A stretch of 64,000 nucleotides of DNA from Eledone cirrhosa (GCA_964016885.1 OZ024756.1:39370001-39434000), one strand, 5' to 3'. Shown: positions 1 to 15,849, numbered from the stretch's first letter. Made by a program: numbers and translations. Notes: a model not told the origin generated them from the sequence alone.

Positions 1-240
1 ATGGTTGTTATCCAACCATCTTGCTCGAGGTCTACTCCTGGCTCTCCCGCCGGTTGGTTTTTGCCTGTAAAATATCTCCGGCGATTCTTTCCTGAGATAT
101 TCCAACCATATGCCCCATAGTATCGGAGCTGTGAATTCTCAATTCGAAGAAGTAGCGGCTCTACATGGAGTGACTCTGATGTCTGAGCTACGCACTTTAT
201 CGAGTAATGTTACTCCAAAGACCTTTTGGAGGAACCCCAT
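1..240 (-). mobile_element. RTE-clade LINE fragment (post-RT C-terminal region), frameshifted
   Basis: Minus strand reads MGFLQKVFGVTLLDKVRSSDIR / LHVEPLLLRIENSQLRYYG / HMVGISQERIAGDILQAK / PTGGRARSRPRARWLD, the RTE 'LR(W/Y)xGH...GxRxxGRPRxRW' tail. Confidence 0.75.
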
Positions 241-1080
241 AGTAATACCTGGAATTACAACATTTGAAACTTGGATACATGCAGAATATTTTACCCAGTA
301 TAGAATGATGGAGAGCAAATGTGAAATAAATATCAGTGAACGACTGACCCAGTACAGGACTGGTACTTTCTGCTCGACCTCGAAAGGATGAAAGTCATAG
401 TTGACCTCCGCGCACTGAGTCGGAACAAATAGAACAAATAATTCTATCCAATGCTATAACGACTCTGTCATTTAGCTGTCCGTATTTTATATTGCCATTA
501 TTGAAATTTTCAGTGTGCTGTCATCTTATTGTAAACAGACTCACGTCCCACCCGTCTATACTTTTAAACGACATTTTTAATAGCAATATATATTCAAACA
601 ATAATTCTTAGATGCCATAATCCAAGTAGCAGTTTACTATTGAAAGCTTTCTCTTCTAGTACGATGCTTCCACGATGTCATGATACGTTTATATAATTTT
701 CTAAAACTGTCCCTAAAGTCCAATGCGGGATCTAATCTACCTTGCAAACAAACCTTTCTCTCTCCTGAGTCATGCTACCAACATATGGTGTTATAATCTT
801 GTAATACTAAACTTATTCATTCTTCTTCTTTGAGAATCACAGACTAGGTCGCCATTAGGTGATTAAACTTAAAGTTTATGCTGGTTATAGTTGATGTGTG
901 TGTTAGTTCTTTAGTGCATTTGCTTAAATTCGGGAAAGTGCGTGTATGTGTGTTTACTTGTTGATATTGCATGATATGTAATTTTGTATATCCTCTTAGT
1001 GTGAACATATAATAATTATTATTCTATGGCATGAGAATAAGATTTCAATGTAAAGCAATGTAATTGTGTTTCTGATACAT

Positions 1081-1257
1081 TATCGGTAGAGGGTCGGACG
1101 CCATGCTTTGACACATTGAGTTACGGCCCTTGCCATTCTGAGTTCAAATCCAGCCGAGGTTAACTTTGCCTTGCATCCTGACGGGGTCGATAAAATAAAG
1201 TACCAGTAATATACTGGGATAATTGCTGGCCTTGTGCCAAAAGTAGAAACAATTATT
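1081..1257 (+). mobile_element. tRNA-derived SINE, family 1
   Basis: B-box-like GAGTTCAAATCC, central GAGGTTAACTTTGCCTT.CATCCT.ACGGGGTCGATAAAATAAAGTACCAGT, tail GGCCTTGTGCCAAAAGTAGAAACAATTATT. More than 15 copies in the window. Confidence 0.85.
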
Positions 1258-1310
1258 TATAGTAATTGACTGTTGAGTAACACACGCATATATAGTGTAT
1301 TATAAAACAA

Positions 1311-1572
1311 CAATAAGAGCGGGGTCGGAGTAGCTAGTAGGGTGTGGATGAGGGAAGTTGCCCTCAATAAGAGAGGGGTCGGAGTAGCTAGTAGGGTGTG
1401 GATGAGGGAAGTTTCCCTCAATAAGAGAGGGGTCGGAGTAGCTAGTAGGGTGTGGATGAGGGAAGTTGCCCTCAATAAGAGAGGGGTCGGAGTAGCTAGT
1501 AGGGTGTGGATAAGGGAAGTTGCCCTCAATAAGAAAGGGGTCGGAGTAGCTAGTAGGGTGTGGATGAGGGAA
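1311..1572 (+). repeat. 54-bp G-rich minisatellite, about 4.9 copies
   Basis: Unit CAATAAGAGAGGGGTCGGAGTAGCTAGTAGGGTGTGGATGAGGGAAGTTGCCCT; explains the 18-aa periodic ORFs. Confidence 0.95.
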
Positions 1573-1767
1573 GGTGCTCTCTGTTATTTTTGTAGGAGTG
1601 AATGAGATTTCTTTAAGTCCAGGAACTCTTTTCTTCATTTAATGAATTTTAGATAATTTTCTTTTAATTTAAACTTTCAAAAAAAGAAAATATTCTTAAC
1701 TAGTTTATTGTTTTTATTGATTCGAAAGAAAAATAAAGGTATAAATAATAAAAAAAAAAATATTGTC

Positions 1768-1810
<43 letters not shown>

Positions 1811-2478
1811 CCCTGTTTCTCGCTTTCTTTCTGTCTCCCTCTCTTTCTCTCTGCCTCCCTCCTCTTCTCTCTCTATATATTTCTCTCATCCAATGTTTTA
1901 TACTTATTTAAAATTTAATAGTATTTTATTTTATTACATTAGACCTTTGAATATAATAAAGTATATATTTTGATTAAGAGAATATTTTTCATTTGTTAAT
2001 ATTTTGAATAATATATATATATATATATATATATTTTATATATATTTATATTTATATATTTTTATATATATATTTATATATAAATTAATAAAAATAATGA
2101 ATAAAAACAAAGAAACAGTTCCTTATATTAAAAAATTCATCATTTTACGATCGTTTCTAGGATATATATGTGTGTGTTGGTATGTATATTATATAGATCT
2201 ATGTAAAAGTTTTACAAACTATCAAAGGGAATATACATACCTACACATATATATGCTGTCTTCAGAAATAATGTGTTTTTCATCGAAAAAATTTTGAATA
2301 CATCTTCTCTTTTCATGATATTTGGATTACATTGAGTTCTTCATACGGATTGGACACTACCGTATATTTTGATAGATTTATCTACATATATTTATCTATA
2401 TATATTTATATATGTATATATTTTATATATATATATTTATATATGTATATATATATTTTATATATATATATATGTATA

Positions 2479-2514
<36 letters not shown>

Positions 2515-2524
2515 TGTATGTATG

Positions 2525-2555
<31 letters not shown>

Positions 2556-2988
2556 TTATATATATTTTCATACATACACACACACACACATATATATATA
2601 TATACATATATACATATATATATATATATGTGTGTGTATATATAGTTTAAGTCGCCCCTAAATAAATTTATTATGCTTAATTTACAATTCTTAAAATTGA
2701 ATAACATTTGTTCTCACAAGACAGGTTTTAATCTACTCTACTAATTTTACTTTATACGTTGCGTTATTATAATTTCAAACAAATTTACTTCGAATTTAGA
2801 TATTCAAATTCGATTTTATACAAGTTCACATTTTCATTAAAGTCGTTTTAAAAGAATTCCTCTGAAATTGTCTTTTAATAATCATTTAAGCAAATGATTT
2901 ATTTCATATCTGCAAGAAATGTTATAAAGTTTGAGTTTCAATCTCTTTAGTTTGTGTGTCTGTCATAGCACAATATATTGCTGGTCTA

Positions 2989-3036
<48 letters not shown>

Positions 3037-3038
<2 letters not shown>

Positions 3039-3240
3039 CGAAGGAGGTGTGGTAAGGAACCAGATGGACCATAACGCGCCAAAGTACTCAATACTTAGGG
3101 TAGTAGAGTGGGTAACAGGAGAAAGTATGACCCCGACGGCAGACTTCAAGCCGTTTCGACGGCTATTTCTGGACTAACGTCTTTAGTCCAGAAATAGGCG
3201 TCGAAACGGCTTGAGCTCTGCCGTCGGGGTCATACTTTCT

Positions 3241-3242
<2 letters not shown>
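3037..3242. mobile_element. Family B PLE-like fold-back mini-element in (TA)n, with the 3' half of a hammerhead
   Basis: About 60-bp inverted arms (3118-3177 / 3183-3243). GAAAC-GGC-ttgagctct-GCC-GTC-ggggtc at 3203-3231. The long arm runs on the minus strand to 3037. TA tracts on both sides. Confidence 0.75.
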
Positions 3243-3295
<53 letters not shown>

Positions 3296-4219
3296 GTGTG
3301 TGTGTGTGTTACTGTATTTGATTGAAAGCTAGAATGGTTTTCTTAGATGTTTTACATGCTCCAGAGAAGCTTTTCTTTAACTTATTCTGTAAATATATGT
3401 CATATCATTTAGAAAATCTATAATATTCTTGCGTCTGCTAAACCTATCATGGTCTGATAATATACAAGTATACAATATTGTATCAATTTTATATTTGCTA
3501 TTGTGTAGGATACTATTAGTTACCAATTGGCAACTACTTATTTTTATCTCATATCTAGCACATATATTTTGAATATATCACATTTATAAAATTCAAGCAA
3601 TATATTTCACGATCATTATTCTAATACTAGTAAAATTATTTTATCATTTATTCATCCATTTATTATGTACCCGCTCATTTCTTCGGTAGCAGAGTTATTT
3701 CCTCTTTTCATATATTCTTTTGAAGCGTTTATATGATGTTATAATTTAATTTTAAGATTAAATAAAATTGAGATATTTCATATTATATGTAAGAATGCAT
3801 AATCTATGAACTTTTTGTTCGCCTGTAGATAAATGTAGGTCCTTATTATTCCATATAAAAAGCGGCATTGAAAATTATATATTATATCTTTTCTTAATAT
3901 TTATTTCTGATTTACATTTGCAAACTACAAACGTTTAAAGACGCGGTAGTAATAGATTTAATTACAAGTTTATAAGGAAGGCAAGTTACTAGTATTTTCT
4001 TTATTTCTAATATATTATATTCTGAATACTATATTCATAAATGGTAAGGAACTTTGCGGGACATCGGAAACTGATGGCAGAATATATAAAACCTGGCTGG
4101 AATGATTTTAACAGCATCGATGTCTGAGAACCAGATGTTGGTGTTAAACTGACTGATGGCGTAAGTTTACTAATCAATAAATCTACATTTTAGCGATTTA
4201 CAATTCACTGGCCATACAT

Positions 4220-5068
<849 letters not shown>

Positions 5069-5322
5069 GTCGTTTCTGAATTTGTTTAGCGAGATTCTTT
5101 ATCTGAAATCGTGTGTTGAAACCGATATTGTTATATATATATAAATAACTATCTGGTTGTGGAACCAACCAACCAGAAATTTATAAATTTATTATAATAA
5201 ATTGAAGTGAAGGCAACTTGTGCGTGTGTTTCTTATTGGCAACATGACCCTCCCAAAGTATAACAATATATGTATATGTATATGTATGTATATGTATGTA
5301 TATATATCTATATCTATCTATC

Positions 5323-5412
<90 letters not shown>

Positions 5413-6537
5413 AATTTCGCTCTACATGGCTGAATACAATAAATGTAATCTGAGCTGGTTAAGGTGTTTATGTTGCACTTGAATACAACGTTTACAAGAC
5501 TGAAAAAATGGTCGTATGATTATATATTTCACATTAGATCGAATTAGATCGAATGAGATCGAATTAGATCGAATGAGATAATATAACTTAGTTTCCCACC
5601 TGTCTCGTTTCACGAGTAATTTTCTGTCAATATCGTATTTCTGGGTTATGGTTGTGAGATGAGTAACAGAAGTAAATTAATACCACCGCTCGCTGTATGT
5701 GTGTTCTTTCTACTGCAACCCATCTAAAAATCTGTGAGTTCAATATGAACATTATATGAGACATTTGCTAAGCACTCGTGAGCAAAACAGAAATTTGCTG
5801 TATGCTGACATTTGTCCTATGTAGAGGCGTAAAGATCGCATTTCTTTATTTTCGTTCGTTAAAATTGTCATTCCTGTCAAGTTAGCGCCGGGATTAAATT
5901 TGAGATGTGATAATTTCTAGACAGTTTGAATGCACAAAGTATGAATCAATGGTTTGTGTAACCTTAAACTACCAGTTAATTCTATTGTATTTGCTTTATT
6001 CAAAAGTAAATGTAAAAACGAAATGAAATTATCTTCGTTTCGTTTGGCTAAATATAAAAACCAAACATCTGAGGGTGAATTGACAGTTGAAAAATTTCTC
6101 TTTGATTTACAATAAGGCAACTGAAGTGATATCGGGGTTGTTAGGATTCAAGTTTGATTAGAGACACGATTCAATGAGTATTTACCACTACAGAATCTAT
6201 TCACGGCCTTTCAGTATCAGAATAGCTCTTTTCTTTCTTTTACAGCTGAACGGAAATAATATGCACTTAACCTTTACAGGTAATTCCTGTCTCACCTACA
6301 CAGATTGCTGCACACGCATCAAAACAGATTCCTACGTATACGCCAGCTTGCACATATCAACACACACACACACACACACACATACTAAAATAGATCACGA
6401 CGCATACTTGCACAAAAATGCGAAAAAAACCTGCACTCATTCGTGCATACACATTACCAAATAGACACAAACAAACAGATGTTACATACATACATACATA
6501 CATACATATATACATACATACATATATACATACATAC

Positions 6538-6623
<86 letters not shown>

Positions 6624-6748
6624 GCATGCATATATGTATATCAGAGATAAATAATAGGCCAGAAATACAAAAGACAGAATGGACGCTCTACCGATTTTGC
6701 CAATCCACCGCCTTAATAACAATAATGATAATAATAATAATAACAACG

Positions 6749-6872
6749 GTTTCTTATATAGGCACAAGGCCAGCAATTTTGGGAGAGGGGAAAGTCGATT
6801 AAACGACACCAGTGTATTACTGGTACTTTATTTTATCGACCCCGTAAGGATGAAAGGCAAAGTTAACCTCGG
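6749..6872 (-). mobile_element. SINE family 1, 3' half
   Basis: Reverse complement of the central domain and tail, next to (AAT)n. Confidence 0.8.
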
Positions 6873-7995
6873 TGCAATTAATAATAATAATAATATCGTG
6901 GGTCACTTATTTTGGAATACTTTCTCAGCAGCTTGCTTAATATTCAATCTCTTGAGGAATGTTTCTTTATTTGAACATTCATAACAGCATCTCTATTTGA
7001 TAATCTTTTAGTTTGTGTATCTCCGAAATGTTTATTATATTTCTAGTACATTGAAGCTATTTCATCTGTCAAATGTTTTCAACATCTGTTGACATATGTT
7101 CAACATAAGGTCCCTGGCGTTATGATTACATTTCCTTTCACCAGAAATGTGTCACTACTTCGTCATTTGTTTTCTACACTGAAAGAAAATGGTGTCTGAA
7201 ATTTACTTTGGAGGTATTGAATGAGTTTATTCTCTACTAAAAATAGTCGTTGATTCTTCATCAATAGAATATAAATATAAATTTATTTGCCTACAAATAC
7301 ACTTGGTAGTTTATAAATATTATCTCACGTAAATCCTCGGTTATTATCAATATTAGTACTGTAACATTCTTAACTATTGTTGTTATATACAGTTTATCTT
7401 TTGCCATTCTTTTCAGAGCAAATATATATTTGTTTCAATTGTCCACTACCTAAGTTAACTGTCAACAACACCTAGCATGAGTCGTTATTTTCGGTGTTTG
7501 TTTTTCTTTTCTTTTCTAAGAGAGTTAATATATTTGAATAATTCTGCAAACTTCTTTCCCTCCTATACGAATAGTTTAATATACTTCGGATTAACTCAAC
7601 TTCAAGAAGCTGTACAATATCATTCAGAAATTGTTGTCCACTGATATAAGATTTTTAGATATATCATGAAAAATAGTGTGTCCCAGGTTTATTTAAAACT
7701 ATCTATATATAGATTACCAGTGAGGTAATAAAGTTACTTCTGGTGAAATTTATACATAGTACATAGAATGTAACTGGCCTGGTTAAACAACGTAAAGTGA
7801 TACACCGATAATTCAGTCCAACATCTTTAATTGCTTATCGCAAATAAAAAAAAAAATTACTTAATATTACATCCAATATGGTAGCCAAACAATGGCTGGT
7901 GTGAAGAATGAGGTCCTGCAGAAATTGTAAAATATATATGAAGCTCGAATATCTTTCGAAAGAGAATATTTATTTGGAAAATAAAAAATGACACA

Positions 7996-8820
<825 letters not shown>

Positions 8821-8832
8821 ATATATATATTT

Positions 8833-8980
8833 ATTAAAATAACAGATTGAAGTTTAAGCAAATAATCGCTGCTTTCACCCTTAACGGGATCTTCTATTTT
8901 CTCTAGGGTTCTTATATATTTGATATATATTTATCCTTATCGAGCCCTCTTTGGATTTTAGTCTTCACATTTATTATTAC

Positions 8981-8981
<1 letters not shown>
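8833..8981. mobile_element. Family E PLE-like mini-element (inverted hammerhead part joined to the 3' end)
   Basis: 8833-8894 is the reverse complement of GAAGATCCCGTTAAGGGGTGAAAGCAGCGATT...; 8900-8981 matches the family E 3' part at 31115-31200. Confidence 0.75.
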
Positions 8982-9024
<43 letters not shown>

Positions 9025-9065
9025 ATGGTAGGTAAGACGGGATTAAATCACAATAATTGTTTATT

Positions 9066-9116
9066 GCATTATATATATTTCTGTTAGATGGTTATTCATG
9101 TGACTTCATCAGATGC
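9066..9116 (-). ncRNA. Candidate minimal type-I hammerhead ribozyme (degenerate helix II)
   Basis: Minus strand: GCAT-CTGATGA-(24 nt)-GAAAT-ATAT-ATA-ATGC. Helix I GCAT/ATGC; palindromic ATAT loop III. Confidence 0.55.
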
Positions 9117-9204
9117 TTATGTAATCATTGGTGCATTTACAAAAGTTTGCCATGTCCACCCTGAAGAGCGAACAACTAAGAACAATATATATGTATATAT
9201 ATAC

Positions 9205-9240
<36 letters not shown>

Positions 9241-9244
<4 letters not shown>

Positions 9245-9323
9245 ATACTTGGGAGGGTCATGACCCTCACAAAGTATAACAATATCGGTTTCAACACACG
9301 TTTTCAGATAAAGAATCTTGCTA

Positions 9324-9330
<7 letters not shown>
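9241..9330. repeat. Family F short element ending in a hairpin; related pieces at 5068-5133 and 5243-5268
   Basis: TGTTATACTTGGGAGGGTCA/TGACCCTCACAAAGTATAACA palindrome; 9277-9330 is the reverse complement of 5080-5133. Confidence 0.65.
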
Positions 9331-9374
<44 letters not shown>

Positions 9375-10486
9375 ATGTGTTTGTGTTTGTGTGTGTCTGT
9401 GTATATATATGAATGTAAGCGTAACACAGATACTTTTAGAATATAACGAACTACTTTGAGTATAACATTCACTAATCAGTGAAAAGAGTTGACATAGATA
9501 TAAAAGGTCAATGTAATAAATAAGGTGACAGTCATATACATCATTTTGGCCCCAGTCGTATTTTATAAATATAACATTCTAAACTCATTGCTAATTGTAT
9601 TAAAACAAAAAAGAAAAACGAGAAAAATATAGAATAAATTTAGAATAACCAAAATCCACCATGCATAAAAATACACAACAAAAGAGGAAGTAGACATTTT
9701 TTTTAAAATAAAGAAATACTATATATTTGTTGTGATTCCACAGAAAACAGATTGCTGTAACAAAATTCTTTCTTCGTGCATTTCTAAAATATAAATAAGC
9801 ATCTGAAATACCTTTAAGATATAAAAACAAAATAACATGAGGCTTTGGACGAATAAAAAGATATACAGTCATGAATTCGGATTTAATAAACAGTAATATT
9901 TAATGATAGTTATAAACTAGAAGTTTCAGAAATAAACGAAAAGAGCAACAGGAATAATTGAAGAACAGGCAAAGAATAAGTAGAAGCCACACACGTTTGA
10001 GTGACACATGTTATATTTTGTCATAAATGGTAAAGAAATGAAACATGCAAGAAATTCCACATAAAATTTATCAGCCTAACAAAGAGAAAAGGAAACATAA
10101 AACTGCTATTATTAGCATTAAGAAGCGAATGTGCACATCTACAAATTCTGATATATAATTTGTATGAAAGAAGCTTTCTTGAATAACAAGATGAGTTTAT
10201 ATATAAAAAAGCGATTAATGAAAAGACAACAAATAAGCTAAACGTAAGGAAATAAGATTTTCTTACATTTGCGAGGAGGGTATATGATGACCAGAACTGA
10301 TTAACTGGGAACAGCTTGGTAAGATTCCATTGAATTGACGTTGAAGAAAACAACAATTTACAGCAGTAAGCGATGTCTTATAGCCCCAGTTTAAGTCTGA
10401 TTCAATAGATTTGTAACTTCAGGCGTCTTATACGTGGAATTACTGTATTGTATCAGACATACTGTCTATTGGAAATATACTGTCGA

Positions 10487-10635
10487 TTGGGGATCCAGCC
10501 GGATCAGTTGGAGATGTTTGGTTCTGACAGGACCCATTAGAAGGAGTATTTGAGGGACTCTGTCCTCACGACCCTCTCAGGAATAAGTGGTCGAAGGAGA
10601 AGGAGGAGAAGGAGAAGGGGAATAAGGAGGAGTCG
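10487..10635 (+). repeat. Interspersed retroelement 3' end with (GAA/GGA)n tail; inverted copy at 20898-21005
   Basis: GAGGGACTCTGTCCTCACGACCCTCTCAGGAATAAGTGG aligns to the reverse complement of CCACTTATTTCTGAAAGGGTCGTGGAGGTAGAGTCCCTC. Confidence 0.6.
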
Positions 10636-11077
10636 AAGAAGAAGAAGAAGAAGAATTGGTATGAAAATCGTTTCAGACAAATGCGCCAAAATACCATTGA
10701 AGAGAGAAAACTTAATAAACAACTCTAATAATATATTAAATGGACTCAACTGAAATAGAAGAATTAAATCAAATTCAGACTTATGAATATTTAGGAATTC
10801 ATTAATAAAAGAGTAGAAGACAGAGAAATGGTAACATAGGTAATGGAGGCGCTGTAGGAAGATACAAAAATAAGAGTAACTTTAATAAAATGTTTTTTAC
10901 TTGAAGCATTGTATATATATAATATATAATGAGGAAAGTGATACAAGGCTATAAACAATGCAAAATGGACGCCGAGAAATATGTCAACTGTTAATACATT
11001 ATTTATTTGATTTATCCATGTAGATCCTTATAAGGAAATATAACATATTAAAGAGTTTCAGTTAACCACATTGGTAC

Positions 11078-11340
11078 ATTTGCAGCAAAGAGTTACGTCC
11101 CTTTATGGTCTGAGTTCAAATCCCGCCGATGTTAACTTTGCCTTTCATCCTTACGAGGTCGATAAAATAAAGTACCAGTAATGTACTGAGATAATTGCTG
11201 GTCTTGTGCCAAAAGTAGAAACAATTATTTTATTGACTTTGGAAGGATGAAAGGCAAAGCAAACCTCGAAACTATGACTGGATTTCAGAGCAGAACGTAA
11301 TAGGCTGTAATTCCATGCTGTTCTATCAATATTATTAATG
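11078..11340. mobile_element. SINE family 1 (+) followed tail-to-tail by a decayed minus copy
   Basis: GAGTTCAAATCCCGCC...AGTAGAAACAATTATT, then AAGGATGAAAGGCAAAG. Confidence 0.75.
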
Positions 11341-11809
11341 TACGGCTCTTGGCTAATATTAATAACAATCTAGTTAGAAATACAAACTGATTTAAAACTG
11401 TACATTGCTCAGATATTTAGATTGTATTTTGACATCTGTTCTTCAGGAGACAAATATATGATATAGTATAAATATTAAAAATAATTAATATGTAAAACGA
11501 ATGAGACTATCATGATAATTCATAGAATATACTGAATGTTTTATGGCAATTAAAAATGTATTAAATCATACTTATACTACTAGTAAATAAAAAAAAACAA
11601 CTATTTATTCTCTCAAATGGGGAATTGCAATGGCTTTCCGTCGTTTATCACGATGCGCATTCCATTTGTTTCGATCAACAGAACAGTTTATTCGTGATAT
11701 TAATATGTAAGTGACTGAGCATCCCACAAACACATATATCCTTAATGTTTTTTGGGGCATATTCAATCATAAGATGCAACAAAGCTGGCCTCTTTGAGTT
11801 ATAGGCAGG

Positions 11810-11930
11810 TGGACTGAAGCAACTTGAAATAAAGAGTTTTGCTGAAGAGTACGAGCTACCACCGGGAATCGAACTCAAGACGTTACGATTCGTGAGCCAG
11901 ACACTCTAACTAATAAGACACACGCTTTCA
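11810..11930 (-). mobile_element. Decayed tRNA-derived SINE, family 2 (CORE-like); similar copy at 41554-41658
   Basis: GGGAATCGAACTC (reverse B-box) and GAAGCAACTTGAAATAAAG, complementary to 14355-14375. Confidence 0.6.
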
Positions 11931-12611
11931 CCAACATAATAAACTATTTCACAAGTTCTCTCTTGTTGGTTTCGCCCGTAAAATCTGTTAAGCGAATTTA
12001 AATCACCAACAAAAAAGATGCAAACAAGGAAAGTAATAAAAAGATAAGCTTCAATAAAATGTTTTATTCGTTAAGGTGAGAAGTCAAATCAAGTTAAATA
12101 GTCATGTATGCATTTCTATCTGAAAAATGGTGGGGGTTTTATAGGGCAAAATACATAGCTTTATATCACGACAGCGTCTCTGCATCTCAATCAAGAGATA
12201 CAAAATTATATCTAGATTATTTACTATAAATAAAGATGGATGCCTAGTTGATAACCTAAGTTTTTTCAGATGCTATTTATTTGGTTATAAATGAATGTAG
12301 TAAAAAAAAAAAAGGAAATATTCTAAAAAGCATCTGAATAAATTCTATTTGTAAATATGAATCTACTCTACTATGAAATATGTTTTTCTGTATAATTTCT
12401 AGAACATTAGTAGGTTTCCCTTCCAACATAACGTCCATATTAATTTGTTTTAATCTAATATAACATTCCTATAATACTCAATTAGAATCATGCTCTTTTT
12501 TTTCTAACCTATTTTTCATGTTCACATATGTAGTGTTAATTATATCTACATAATGTGTTATATATGTTGCTGCTTACCCCGTTCAGCCATTAGCTAGGCA
12601 TTAAGGATGGA

Positions 12612-12633
12612 GTAGTAGTAGGGGTGGTGGTGA

Positions 12634-12669
<36 letters not shown>

Positions 12670-13000
12670 CGGTGGTAATGGTAGTAGTAGTAGCAGTAGT
12701 AGTAGTAGTAGGGATGGTGGTCGTAGTGATATTAGTAGTAGTTGTAGTGGTGGTGGTAGTGGTAATGGTAGTAGTAGTAGTAGTAGTGGTGGTGATAGTA
12801 GTATTAGTAGTGATGGTGGTCGTAGTGGTATTAGTAGTAGTTGTAGTGGTGGTGGTTGTGGTGGTAATGGTAGTAGTAGTGGTGGTGGTCGTCGTAGTCG
12901 TATTAATAGTAGTTGTGGTGGTGGTTGTAATGGTAGTAGTAGTAGTTGTAGTTGTAGTGACGGTGGTGGTAATAGTAGTAGTAATAGCAGCAGCAGTAGC
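12612..13000. repeat. (GTA)n/(GTG)n compound trinucleotide tract
   Basis: Direct inspection. Confidence 0.95.
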
Positions 13001-13196
13001 ACAAAATGGACAATTTTATATCGAACAGTTTTTGAATAGATAAAGATTTGTCGGAAACATACTTGAAAATGGTCTTAAAGTGATTCTTTGGCGTTCTTGA
13101 ACTTTTGAGAACCCAGTTGTAGCTGTTTACAGCTTTAGCTGTTAAAAGATATATTATCCCTGGTTATGTCGACAGTTGTAGATGATATGTCTAGCT

Positions 13197-13994
13197 ATAT
13201 CTGTTAATACAGTAATACACAGTAATATATCTGTTTATACAATAACATATCTGTTTATATAGTAATATATCTGTTTATATAGTAAAATATCTGTTTATAT
13301 AGTAAAATATCTGTTTATATAGTAATATATCTGTTTATATAGTAATATATCTGTTTATATAGTAATATATCTGTTTATACAATAATATATCTGTTTATAT
13401 AGTAATATATCTATTTATATAGTAATATATCTGTTTATATAGTAATATATCTGTTTATATAGTAATATATCTGTTGATACAATAATATATCTGTTTATAT
13501 AGTAATATATCTATTTATATAGTAATATATCTGTTTATATAGTAAAATATCTGTTTATATAGTAATATATCTGTTTATATTGTAATATATCTGTTTATAC
13601 AATAATATATCTGTTTATATAGTAATATATCTGTTTATACAGCATATCTGTTTATATAGTAAAATATCTGTTTATATAGTAATATATCTGTTTATATAGT
13701 AACATATCTGTTTATATAGTAATATATCTGTTTATATAGTAATATATCTATTTATATAGTAATATATATGTTTATATAGTAATATATCTGTTTATACAGT
13801 AATGTATATGTTTATACAATAATATATCTGTTTATACAGTAATGTATCTGTTTATACAATAATATATCTGTTTATATAGTAACATATCTGTTTATATAGT
13901 AATATATCTGTTTATACAATAATATATCTGTTTATATAGTAATATATCTGTTTATATAGTAATATATCTGTTTATACAGCATACTGTTTATATA
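13197..13994. repeat. 20-bp minisatellite, about 39 copies
   Basis: Unit ATATCTGTTTATATAGTAAT with ACAAT and AAAAT variants. Confidence 0.95.
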
Positions 13995-14255
13995 GAAGGT
14001 AGATTACTATTAATTCAATGTAAAGACTTCTTGGATACATGAGTTAAGACACGAGAAAATACTATTAGTTTATATAATTCTAAATTAGAAAAAGGAATGC
14101 AGACAGTTTTCTTATCTTATTCTGAGTCTAGATTTAAGCTGTTTAGCAACGTGGAAGCTAGATAAGGATGACTAATGGAGTCGTTTAGAATACACGAGAA
14201 GAGAGTAGTAAAACAATAAAGCTTGTTATAGAGTAAATGCAGGGATATAATATTA

Positions 14256-14830
14256 AAGGCGCATGGCTTAGTGGTTAGAGCATTGGGCTTGCAATCGGAA
14301 GGTTGTGAGTTCAATTCTCGGACCGGGTGATGTGGTGTGTCCTTGAGCAAGACACTTTATTTCAAGTTGCTTCAGTTTTACTCAGCTGTAGAAATATGTT
14401 GTGATGTCACTGGTGCCAAGCTGTATCAGCCATTGCCTTGGATAACATCATGTATAGTGTATATATATACTGGACATAGAGTATATATAATATATATATA
14501 GTGTGTATATATACTGGACATAGTGTATATATATAATACATATACAGTGTGTATAGGAGTTGTGACGTCACTGGTACCAAGCTGTGTCACCCTTTGCCTC
14601 TCCCTTGGACATCCCCGCTGGTATGGAGAGGGGGGAGACTGGTATGGAGAGGGGAGACTGGTATGGAGAGGGGAGACTGGTATGGAGAGGGGAGACTGGT
14701 ATGGAGAGAGGGGAGACTGGTATGGAGAGGGGAGACTGGTATGGAGAGGGGGAGACTGGTATGCATGGGCGACTACTGGTCTTCCACAAACAACTTTGCC
14801 CGGACTTGTGCCTCGGAGGGAACTTTCTAG
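14256..14830 (+). mobile_element. tRNA-derived SINE, family 2 (CORE-like), with internal duplication and 19-bp tandem expansion
   Basis: A-box TGGCTTAGTGG, B-box GAGTTCAATTC, GTGTCCTTGAGCAAGACACTT. About 7x GGTATGGAGAGGGGAGACT at 14619-14760. Confidence 0.8.
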
Positions 14831-14845
14831 TGGCAAATGCCAATA

Positions 14846-14951
14846 TATAGGGTGTTCCAAAAATGTATACACCATTCTAATAAATATTGCCTGTACAGGT
14901 AATCAAAGTGTGTATATACATATGTATATACATTGTTGGGGATACTCTGTA
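14846..14951. mobile_element. About 100-bp Tc1/mariner-type MITE
   Basis: TA-TAGGGTGTTCCAAAAATGTATACAC versus reverse complement of the right end, TA-CAGAGTATCCCCAACAATGTATATAC. Confidence 0.55.
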
Positions 14952-15849
14952 GGTGTGTATATATTGGGATGCTGTTGATATTTCGTCTGTTACTTGTAAC
15001 AATTATAAAATAGTGCAGACATGCTACTGGCAACACTGAAATTGTCACAAATTATTGACTGTAATTGTATTATACATCATAATATGCAGTAATTTGCTGT
15101 GATTTAGGAGTCAGAATAGATGAATTTATTTGAAAACTCCATCAAATGGAAGAACAAAAGATTAATTTTAAACGTGGAATAAACAGTGTAGAGATGACTC
15201 AGATAATGTAATCTTTCGAGCAATAGAAGAAAACGAAGAGATAGCAGGAACTACTAGTTGTTGTAACAGAGATTAGTTGTCTTGTGTAAATAGATTACAT
15301 ATAAAAACTTAAGAATAAAAACATGGTTTGAAAAATGCATATCATAGAATTCAATGATAGCGTAAACTGTTCGGAAAACCAGTGCTTCATAGAATAACAT
15401 TTATACAACATAAACAGTGATCCAGCAATAATAAAATGAACTATTTCAAATCATTATCATATAGGAATATATAATAATTGTTTCTACTATTGGCACAAGG
15501 CCAGCAATTAAACCAGTGCATTATAGGAATATATAATAATATTCATTTGAAGACTTTAGTGTTTGCAAAAGCTGTGTAGTCAATAGTAACGAAATATAGC
15601 ACAAGCCAATAATATCAGATTTAAATGATATTATGAACTGTCTGAGACTACGTTTTAGATTAAATTCTAGTAGACCTATGATAAAAAGTCTGCCAACGCT
15701 AACAAGCTCGTTTTCAAGTCGAAACAATGAATCTGATGCTACATTGACATATGTGGCCTACAAGTTGTAGGTAGGATCGGTTATGATTTAAAGAAGTTTT
15801 AACTGCTATTTCTAGCAGGCTGATAATATGACATTATTTACGGTGTTCT

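Noticed and set aside
4041-4165. Short frame MVRNFAGHRK..IDV*EPDVGVKLTDG before GTAAGT; considered TGA readthrough
   Set aside because: No homology or SECIS evidence; compatible with chance.
12577-13020. Thr-rich minus-strand frame near a GG/GTAAGC donor-like site
   Set aside because: The Thr frame stops (CCT AGC TAA) before the donor; ordinary (ACT/ACC)n tract.
13197-13994. CRISPR-like appearance of regular short repeats (also 31782-32850, 54562-54787)
   Set aside because: Head-to-tail units without unique spacers, no cas genes, eukaryotic context.
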